Positions 1-64,000 of a DNA stretch of 64,000 nt are shown one piece after another (the stretch's first letter is position 1; each line of letters begins with the position of its first letter). Made by a program: the position numbers and the translations under genes. The notes below the pieces were generated by a model. The model did no database searches and was not told the origin of the DNA. It saw only the letters and a program-made list of their open reading frames with translations. Source of the stretch: Ascidiella aspersa (taxonomy: Eukaryota); contig OZ004608.1 of the NCBI GenBank assembly GCA_963924565.1, forward strand, positions 14,694,001 through 14,758,000. The letters run 5' to 3'.

Positions 1-99
1 ATTATTATAAACGTTTATTGATGATTTTTTTTTGATGTTATTAACAGCAGTTAGGTTTTCAGAACATAAATTAGGTGTTACCGAGTGGTCTGAGACGGT

Positions 100-233
100 C
101 GTTAGTTAGCGAGGAGTTTAGCGAGATTTGGCGAACGAGAAGTGGGTTCGTAATACCAAAAGTCGACTTAACGAGCTCGTGCGTCGTTAGCGAGCTCGCT
201 TAACTTAGCGAGGTGTGTTCATAATGCCGCCCC
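100..233. mobile_element. Probable terminus of a DNA transposon/MITE (PIF/Harbinger-like)
   Basis: GC-rich patch of short subterminal repeats (tagcgag/aacgag, cgagctcg palindromes) ending in ttcataatgccgcccc. The other end is not in the window. Confidence 0.35.
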
Positions 234-1185
234 AGGTCTACGTTTTCTGAAAAAAATAATAAACAACACCTCGTAAGAGTTTTAGAACCTTTTAAAAGTT
301 ACGTTTGCAAAGAAAACAATTGACTCACTGTACGATCCAGGTGGACAATACACTATATAAATAGGAATTTTATATGGACTTTGGTAGTCCATCGGCCCTT
401 ATTGATGTTTTTGAAAATTAATACACAAATGACACTTAATATCACGTATCAAGGCATATTACCTTGTAGCAATGGAGGATCTAGGTTTTTGTTTGCGGTC
501 TATCACAGTTTTTAGATATGCCGTTAGAAAGTTACGTCATTCTTGGACAAACTCATACGCTAATAAGCAATTAAAATTTCGCCTTTTTAGGAGTTGGCGG
601 TTAAACAATTGCGTGAAAGAAAAAACAAATTGCGTTCGTTGCTGAACACTTTAATTTAGAAGACTTGTTGCCTTAAGCACATCGTCAACATTCGCACATA
701 GTAGATATAATGCCTTCTATCAAGATTATTTGGCAAATAAGTTATGAGAGTTATTTATCCCATAACTATACAAAAACACGATAAAAGTTCTCGTAAAGGG
801 CAAAAACATACATTGCGTTTATCCAGTTAAACTTCCAAGTTTGAAAACGAGATTTGCCAGTAAGATATTGCATTTTTGAGTGTGTTTTACGTGCACGAGG
901 AACTAGCCCACATAATCACATAAAAAGTGTTAAAAAATATTTTACTTGAATCACTGCAAATTCTAACGTTTATCTAGTTGAGGTCGGCATAAATTGCAAT
1001 TTAAAACGGGGCGTTATACTTTCGATCATGTGTTCTATAAAATAGGTCAAGAAACATAGTTTAGGCTATAGGCCACAGGCTGGTGCCCTCCTCTGGATTA
1101 GCCCATGCTTGTTCGTAATGTCTTTTGGCTAATAGGCTATATTCATTTTATTTTATTTTATTCTTGCCTTTCTATATCTATATAG

Positions 1186-54816
<53,631 letters not shown>

Positions 54817-57494
54817 TACCGAAAAAATAATACCATTGTTTTCATGGTAAAGTGTCGTTTAATAAGAGTGATTTATTTGACCTTTCTTACAAACCTATAT
54901 ATTAGCAAAACGGGAATGTCCAAAACTTGACGTCATTTCGATATTTTAAACAAAAAGTATCGCTATCCGATCTGATGCAAAATTACATTAGCATGTTAAA
55001 ATCGGAAAAATTGTTGAAAGGTTCGAGGTTAATTTTGGTTATTAGGCCGAAGTTTCCTTTTTTTCCGTAAGCCAAAAATGATCTTGGAATTTTTTATTTA
55101 CTGTTTTCTTATTAACTCCCCCAAAAATAACAGTATCTATTGTTTTTTCTATTCTTTTCGCTGATGCTGTGTATCTAATCCCGCGTGCTTATGTTTTACT
55201 AACATTTTAACATTTACTGCTCATTGCTTATTTTGTAGAAAAATGCGTATTAAGCCTACAGCCCTACGCATTGTTAAGTTCGTCGATAATTAGTTTTTAC
55301 GAGCGCGGTAACGATATGGTTTGGTATGAAAATAGTTGACGTCCAGTCTATGTGCTAAACTAAGTTTCATTCCGATAGTCGGGTCTTCAATGCTCTTGTC
55401 TGGCTTTTTAGCTGATCGCTTTCTTTAGTCTGATTAGTGAAATAAATTGTCCGGCTGTCAATGCAAATAAAATAGTAGTTAATCATCTGCAACACAACTG
55501 CAACATGTATGACCGTTGACCGATTGAGAGTGATGTAGGTGGGCGACTATTTAAAAACGGTATCAATATTAACCTAATGGCCGCTGTTTGCCAGGGCAGT
55601 GGGGAAAATCTCGTCAGTAGTGACCACTAACATCTCACGTATAGTTTGCTGTTCACTGTCAATGTTTTTTTTTCAATATAGCCAATAGCAGTGTTTTTAT
55701 TTTTTTTACCTTACGGCGCACCCGAAGACCTTTAAAAACCCGACGGCGCATCTAGTGAACGAAGCGATCTCTTATTATTTTACTTTAGTTAGTCCAGTGT
55801 TTCTTTTAAAATGCTTGTATACTGGTATTTTATGGTATTACAGTTGCTTAACATTTAAAGAAGTGTGGGATAAAGTAAAAATAACAAATATATTTTTAAT
55901 TTAATTTTCTCCTTGCTCCACGGCGCATCTGGCAACGTTCCATAACGCGCATGTGCATCACGGTGCACCGGTTAAAAAGCGCTGGTCTAGAGTCTCGTCT
56001 CATTTAAAGCTTTAAAAAAATCAACATTAGTTAAACGTAATAAGGAGGAAAGAGTTCCTAAACATAGATATATTATTTTTCTGACTCACACACACGTTAC
56101 TAGAATTGTGTAGTAGGCTATGCTAATAGCTTATTCATGAATCATGCATATCACGTGCTGTTAATTCTCTTTTAATTGGTGGTGTGACATCATGGTTTGA
56201 AAGTGTTTATGTGTAGTGCATGATTTTTAACACTGGACAAAGGTTTTTTTCGAGGGGACACTAAAAACCAGTGTGCTACCTGTGAAGCCAATGGTATAGT
56301 GTTATTACGTACTGTAGGCAAATTCCAAAAACAAAACAGTTAAAAGCCTTGTTGGTTTTGTTTAAAATAAATACTGAGCTTATCAGGCAACTTTGGTAAA
56401 AATATTATTCGAAGTTGGTATTTCGTTCATAGTTAGCCTAAGCGAATGTATTTCCAGCAACACCATCGGATTTTACCTAAACAAATCATACTCAAACGTA
56501 AATTAAACAAAACGGTTCCCCGTCAACGCAAGCAATGGAATGAAATGGAATTTTTATCCCCGCCAAATTAAAGGTATTTATCCCGACAAAATTAAAGGCC
56601 TTTTCCTAGTCTGATTGATTACGGCAGTCACGCCTTGGCAAACGAAATAGTTGAACAAACACTGGCATTCTTGTGTGGTACCGTTAGTGTTCTATCAGAA
56701 GTTTTTAAGTGCGAAGGCGTTGCCACGGCACTGCATTGCGTCAGGTGTTGAGACAGCTCCACCGCTTTTAAAATACACAGTAATACGCGCTTCCCGCAAA
56801 GCGTGGGCCGTGTAATAGTGTCCGGAAGGATTGTTTGTTGTTGCTATTCGCAAAGTGACGAAACTAAAGTGAGTGATTTCAAATGATGATTAGTTAAAGG
56901 CTGCAGCACATTAGTAGCAAGTTTTATTACCACGAGAAAGATTTTGTGACACACCTTTTTAGTTATGGTCACAAAGGTTTTCACATTATGTCACTAGCGT
57001 CAAGGCAGCACTGCTTTGAAATGCAGGAAATAATTTTTGAAACCTGATATCCTAACAGTTCACACAGGATCGGGCGATTAGTTGATAGTTTTTACTACAT
57101 CATAAATGTTGACGCGGATAGCTAAACTAAGATATCCGCACAGTAGCTGGGAAAGTCAATTCAGCATACGAAACGTTATTTTGTAAATACTTCGTCGCGT
57201 TCTTACGTCTGAAAAAAATACAAAAGAAAGAATGTTTAAAGGAAAAAGGCTATAGGCTACTCGGTAATGAAAATGCTATATATAAAATCAGTTGGGTACG
57301 GTCAGTCGGTCAGATTTTATCAAAAGTATGTCAAAAATCTAACTTAAGCTAAATCCTTAGTACTCTTTGACTTTTAAGTTTCTCTTTGCTTGTCAGTTGC
57401 TCAGATTCTACTTTTTATTGGTGTCTATTGTCTTGTATGCTTAAAGAAGTTAAGTGGAACACCTGTTTTGTGGTAAAATAGGAGAGCTTGTACA

Positions 57495-58437
57495 ATGCAA
57501 CAACTCGTAAGAATATTGTGTGTGTTAGCAGCAGTTTTTTTGGAAGGAAGCCGAACGGTCAACTGCACGCCAGAAGAAGGTATACCGACGCAAGCTATAA
57601 CTGGCAGCCACTTAATTGTTTATTAACTTTGTTTAATTAATTATATCTTTAGCTATATGATGTACGTAAATGCCAAATAACCAGATAAACTATTTTAGTT
57701 TCAGTTAGTGATACATGGAATAAATTGCAATTTCTGCGAATTTAATCTAGAGTTAATATGATATTTCTTTGTACGAGATTTTATAAGGGTATTACAATAC
57801 GTCCATTGTATCGTAACTGCTATCCAATTAGAAAATTCAACAGGATGAATGCGACTGTATGCTTTTTCGAGATTTTTTTTTCTTTTTTTTATAATATTTT
57901 TAAATACCTCCGAAAGACACAAAATCGAATAAATGATGTTTGAAGTTTATCACATCTCAGTCAAAGTGTTCAAATTGATGTAAAACATTCTTCAAAACAT
58001 TAATAAGGCAAATTAAGCACACAACTAAAAAGCACATTTCTTAAAAATAAGGCCATTACTATTTTCTGTGACACAGCACTTAAAAATAATCACGAATCTT
58101 AGAAATTAGGCACGGAATGGTAACTCTGTTTATCGGTCGTATTGTGTGTTAGCATTAACATGCTTGGTCGTTTAAAGTCGAAATAGATGTTAGGATCAAA
58201 AAGTAAGATTTTATATTCTAGTTTTCGTTTTTGACGCAATTAAACAACAATGACTAAAAAGCATAGGCTATACATTTGAAAGCGGAAAATTGTTTTTTAT
58301 CTGTTTCAGCGTGTTCATATGCTGGAATACAACTGAATGAGACATCTGGTACTATTCTAATTCCAGAAAACACGACAACACCGTCCAAATATAGGTCAAT
58401 TCGCTGTAAATGGACCATTACTGTTGCTGCAAACAAG
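57495..58437 (+). CDS. Start of a second secreted CUB-domain gene, probable tandem paralog (3'-partial)
   Basis: Exon 57495-57579 reads MQQLVRILCVLAAVFLEGSRTVNCTPEE (signal-peptide-like, phase 1). Exon 58310-58437 reads ACSYAGIQLNETSGTILIPE...IRCKWTITVAANK, the first third of a CUB domain, ending in phase 0 like every CUB exon 1 of gene 1. No further exon was recognised before the window end. Confidence 0.75.
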
Positions 58438-58740
58438 GTTAGGTATTTTAAAATGAGTTGCATCAATACGAATAAAAACTATTTTAGTTACATTGAGCTG
58501 GGTATAGGCCTATGTCCGATAATATCGAGCGAAATAAAAGGCCGTTGCAAGTGCATGGTGCAGTAACGGCATTCGACCGATACTACACATCAAACTCTTA
58601 TGATGGGCTTTTCCGAAATGGTTTGCGTCGTAGCGATTTATACGTGGAAATCAAGTATTAGTTTTATAAAAGTGCAAATTACAAGCTGAATGTTACTAAT
58701 CTTGTTGACGCTATGGCAAAATTTGCTTAATAATCTGGGA

Positions 58741-61700
58741 AAAATACGTAAAAAACTATTATTAAATATTTTAATTCCATAAAATTTGCCTAATTGATCA
58801 TGTTTACCAAGGACTTCAGATATGCTACATAATTGTAGAAAACAGCTATATAACCTAAATGCCAGAATCTGATAGGTAAAATCCGTAATGTTCATATATC
58901 TATAAAAAAGATTGGAAAATTAAAAAAAAATCAGGTGACAAACCTAAATGTTTAATAAAAAATCATGGAGCGTAGATTTTTTGCACTGTTGAAAAAATAA
59001 GGAAAACAACAACTATTTGGAAACGGTGGAACCTTCGAGAATTGTCATCAACACAATAATCCAAAAGGTCTTAACTTTTAAATGGCTTTCGGTAAGGATA
59101 TCATCACCAAAGTCATGAAAGGCAAAACAAAGGGTTTATTTGAACCACTCGCCGCCTAAGCTGATCTAATTCTCAGCGATAAATCCAAACGACAATGGTG
59201 AGCAACGCTTCAAAAATTTCGGATTACCTTTTGATTTGGCTTATGGTCATTTATGGCAAAAATGTAGGTGGGCGAGACCGGCCGTAAAATCGAGAGAAGA
59301 GTTTCGACTTCTTTGTTCCCTATTTGCCGGGCATGTTGATTTGCTATTATACGCGCTTGCTCTAAACAAACCTATTTGTCAGTACTACCTGTGACTGATA
59401 AGCCATAACATTCAACTGGGGCGGATCCCGAGGATCACCAGTATGACCCGATACGATTAGCAATATTGACTTCTCGCCTAAATAGCTCCACCAAACCAAC
59501 GTAAAAAATCACACCAAGCAAACAAAAATAAGCCTTTGCGTTTATCTTGCTAAAAAAATCGGATTTATGTTACACAAAAAGCAGTGGCCATTTTGTAAAG
59601 AACTTATAAATTAACAACAACAAATAGCACTTCGTAGATAATGCATTTTTATAGATTCTTAATCCCAACAGGGCAGCTCTGTACTGTTGATCGGATCCCG
59701 GTAACATTTTTCAGATCGCGGGCCAAAACCAAACTAAAAAGGTTTCGACGCCCTGTAATAAATTACATTTGCCAATTTTGTTGTTAAAATGTTAAGTATT
59801 TAAACATGTGCGTTTGTTCGCTTTAAAATTCCAGGTCATGTATATGAATAAATTCAGGTACCGGTAGCACAAGTAGTGTAGTTATAGTAGATCTTGATCC
59901 TCAGGCTGCCATCCTGAATCAATTTTTATACCATACTGGTTACCTTACGGATTCGTCATCTTGAAAAATACTGGCTACGTCATTCCAGTAGGCCTAACTG
60001 TCACGCACATGCGGAACATTAAAATGACCAACTTTTGTGTCGGGTAAAGTACCAAATAACTTTGTTTGGCTTGGAAATGTGTTATAACGGTTTGACGTTT
60101 TACGAAATAAGAACTAAATGCAGGAAAATTCTTGTCGTGTTTTTTAAGTCCAAAATAAACTCTAGCGCTTTATAGTACTGGTAAGACGAAATTATAAATT
60201 TATTTACAGTACTGTATTGTTTCCAGGTGCCTTTCCGGTCATTCACCTCAGGACATTGTAGTGGCATATCTCGTATTTGTTACTATGTTTGAAACTAAGT
60301 GTTATAATTATAACTAAACCTTATGACGTGACCCAATGCAGTCGTCGTCGTCACCATAAAACAATGGCCGCGTAAAATAACAGAACTCAGTTGATATTTA
60401 CCTCCCGTTGGCATGCCTTTACGAAAAGTTTCTATGGCCAATCAATGTGTACAAAAGATTAGTAAAAGTCAAATGTAACTCAACTGACATAATCTCCCCC
60501 CACCCCCCTCTAGTTCGAAATAAGACCAAAATAGTACTATAAATATGAGAAAATACTATCAGATTAAGGTATAGATCAGAATAAGACTTAAACGGCCAAA
60601 ATAAGGTCTAAAAAACGTCTAAAAAAATCTAAAAAACGAAAAATACTTAAAAAACTATTACAGAAATTGTAATTTCATAAAATTTGCCTTATTGATCATG
60701 GTCACCAAGCAATTTAATATTTAATCGGAAAACTCTATTTGTCCCCAAATATCAGATATCTTACATAGGTACCGAAAACAGCTAGCCTAAATGCCAGAAT
60801 CTGATATGTAAAATCCGTAATATGTATGTCTACGAAAAATAACAAATTGAGAAAATGAAAAAAAATCAGGTGACAAACGTAGATGTCTAACAAAAAATCA
60901 AGAAGCGTACATTTATTGCACTGTTAAAAAAAATAAGAAAAATAGCATCTATTTGGAAAACTGCCATCAACACAATAATCCAAATGGTCTTAACTTTTAA
61001 ATGGCTTTCGGTAAGGATATCATCACCAAAGTCATAAAAGGCCAAACAAAGGGTTTATTTGAATCATTCGCCGCCTGAGCTGATCTAATTCTCAGCGATA
61101 AATCCAAACTACAATGGTCAGCAACGCTTCAAATATTTCGGATTACCTTTCGATTTGGCTTATGGTCATTTATGGCAAAAATGTAGGTGGGCGAGACCGG
61201 CCGTAAAATCGAGAGAAGAGTTTCGACTTCTTTGTTCCCCATTTACCGGACTCGTTGATTTGCTATTATACGCGCTTGCTCTAAACAAACCCATTTGTCA
61301 GTACTGCCTGTGACCGATAAGCAATAACATTGGGGCGGATCCCGAGGATCACGAGTGTGAGCCTATTAACTCCGATTACAAAAAAAATACAACTAAAATC
61401 CAGCTACGACGTCACAGTCATAATTCAAGCAATGTTAAGAAGTTCGTGTTATGGGACGAAATGTGGAAGTTCAGTTTGCGCGAAGCGCGTAAGATTTTGC
61501 GTTTATTTAGTTTTAGGTGCCAAAAACTTTTACCTTAAAAAAGGACACTTGACCGATTGGAAACAATTAGCAATGTTGACTTCTTACCTAAATAGCTCCA
61601 CCAAACCAACGTAAAAAATCACACCAAGCAAACAAAAATAAGCCTTTGCGTTTATCTTGCTAAAAAAATCGGATTGATGTTACTCAAAAAGCAGTGGCCA

Positions 61701-61970
61701 TTTTGTAAAGAACTTATAAATTAACAAAAACAAATAGCACTTAGTAGATAATGCATTTTTATAGATTCTTAATCCCAACAGGGCAGCTCTGTACTGTTGA
61801 TCGGATCCAGGTAACATTTTTCAGATCGCGGCCAAAACCAAACTAAAAAGGTTTCGACGCCCTGTAATAAATTACATTTGCCAATTTTGTTGTTAAAATG
61901 TTTAGTATTATTTAAGTAACTGTCACGCACCTGCGGAAATTACCAAATAACTTTTTTGGCTTGGAAATGT
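58741..61970 (+). repeat. Diverged direct repeat pair, ~1.3 kb each (58741-60080; 60640-61970)
   Basis: Long shared blocks (e.g. ggtgggcgagaccggccgtaaaatcgagagaagag). Each copy has a private ~200-bp segment (about 59805-59995 and 61352-61560). Confidence 0.9.
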
Positions 61971-64000
61971 GGTAACAGTTCGATTTTTGGCCCTGTTTGG
62001 GGTTATTAGTGGGTAGTGGGTGGGGTAGAAAATGGATAGAGGTAAAATTATTAGGGAGTTAGTGATGTACTGGCATAACTTTCTAGCTAGGTCGTAGTTT
62101 GCAAAACCCGACTACACAAGTGTCTTTATTTATTAAATTTGCTTGTTAACTTAAATTTGTGATTTTAATTATGACCTTTCTTGTAACGTATTTGTAACTC
62201 ATTTCTGACACGTTCTTTGATTTACTCGCAAGTAGGGATGTTGTTGTTCAAAGTAGAATATTGTATCCTTTTATTACGTTTTTCTCGAAGTTTTACGCCT
62301 AATCGTACGTTTGCGAGTGGCAAGATTGGGAGATAAAGGTCTGTCCATTACTGTGTTGCTTTATATGTAGCCATGTGGTGCGGCGTCAGCGTTTTTTCGG
62401 AAAGCAAATTACTTGACAATAACCTTTGCCTAATCTTTAAGTTTCCGTCAAATGCTGTTGGGCAAGCAACTAACTTGTAATGCCTGGTGCAGAGATTTCC
62501 CAATTTCCCTAAAGAGTTTGCAAAAGAACACTCCATCGTGAAACGCGCAAGGGTATGCTACGGGTTTACTCAAGGTTAACTTTAAGGCCAATATTTGTGC
62601 TAGGCGCCAATGTAATTCATCCGGCCCGCCGCCTCTTCGACAAACTAGACGCGAGTCCATTTCAAATAGGCCTAATTTTTGACTTTTTAACTATCTGTAA
62701 GTGCGAAAGATTTTCGCGCTTCGCGCGAATGTTCGTTCTACGTCCAATTTGTTTACGTTTTGATGCTGTCTTTTCAAGTAGATCTGCGCTTTTTTACCGT
62801 TGCAGACAAACCGAAAACGTATGTAACAAAATATTAATGATATAAATTTTAACATTTTTTTTATCTTTTATTTTCGGCAATGTAATAAAAAACAGCAAGA
62901 AGTTTAAAAGAAATGCCGGTAACAAAAAAATCGCGCTTGCTTCGCTCGCCGGGTCCGCCCGGACTTAAAAAGGTTAACATTTCCTCAAAGTAATTTTATC
63001 ACATTTTTCATAAGTAGTAGCCTATGGATGACAAGGTGTGGACTCGAATTTTAATTTGCGTCAACACTTTACTTCCTCCGTAAACGTAATTAAACACATC
63101 TTTAGGTGCAAAAGATCCGAGACCCGCCTGATTCACAGTTGTTCCAACATTTTAATAACACAATTCTTAATTAACATTTTCTGCGGCCCGCGGAGGACTT
63201 TCTTAGTTTGGTTTTGGCCCGCGACTAGAAATAGATGGCTGCCACTGAGCTAACTTATGCACACAATAGTAACGCATTATTAAAATAAAAATCTAGGAAT
63301 AATCTCGGCGAATGTAGTGACAAAACATTAGTCGAATATAAAAAAATACCTCGGCGGAGTCCCAAACTAAGTTAGCTTAATTTAAAACGACTGATTTGTT
63401 AAATAATTAGAAAGTAGGTGCACTTATTCAACTTTTCTCTTCTTACATTTTGAGTTAAATGCTGTGTTGAAGGGTAGATTAAACTTCACGTTACGACCTC
63501 AAAGTCCTTTTTTACGAGGTAAATAAAAAACCTGCAGATGCAAAAACGTCAAAAGTGACCCACTGGTCCCACCGGTCCCCTACAATGAGTCTATGACACT
63601 TAATTACATTTATTACATGTTTTTATATTATGTTTGTGTTATTTTACAGTAGCCTAAATAATTTCAATTTTTCATGAATGTATTTTTACTACTTTTTGTA
63701 GCCTCGGTTGTAAAATTAGGCCCTTCCCTGGTAAATAGCCTTAGGCCCACAGTACCCTTAATCCGGCCCTGCATCTATTACCCGCTTCTAAGCCCAAAAC
63801 GGACCAAAATATCCGGTCCCTAAATAGTGGCTCCCCATTGCCGCTGTTCCAACTTGGGCGCCTCAAGTCGATACCATGGCGGCCGATACTTGACCGATAG
63901 CCTCCAGTCGCCAATACAAGTGTTTTTTCGGCCATTTAGTTCTTATTTCTGCTGTAGATATTGTTGCTTTGTAGGTCTTATGTACTCGCCTACATTAAAC

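Noticed and set aside
57277-57310. TATA box plus initiator for gene 2
   Set aside because: tatataaa and tcagtc are present about 200 bp upstream of the ATG, but such motifs are frequent in AT-rich DNA and there is no TSS evidence.

Overview
AT-rich, intron-dense animal genomic DNA, probably an invertebrate chordate such as a tunicate (inferred from sequence style only). About 54 kb of the + strand is one giant gene that I assembled by hand into 76 GT-AG exons, phase-compatible throughout (1186-54816). It encodes about 2,840-2,850 aa in this window, and its N-terminus lies upstream. Architecture: ...CUB-LDLa-SP1(dead)-CUB-LDLa-SP2-CUB-CUB-LDLa-SP3-CUB-CUB-LDLa-SP4-CUB-LDLa-SP5(dead)-CUB-LDLa-SP6-Ser/Thr stalk-hydrophobic (GPI-signal-like) tail. 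This is a membrane-anchored six-protease polyprotein with two trypsin-type, two chymotrypsin-type and two catalytically dead S1 domains. A probable tandem paralog (signal peptide + CUB) starts at 57495. The introns hold many hAT-type elements, a candidate minimal hammerhead ribozyme and a recent 2.14-kb duplication that lengthens the stalk. They also hold a 7.3-kb Helitron (10694-17996) carrying two different LTR-less Gypsy remnants between inverted 382-bp repeats rich in CTCF-like motifs. All coordinates and translations were read by eye; no searches were run.
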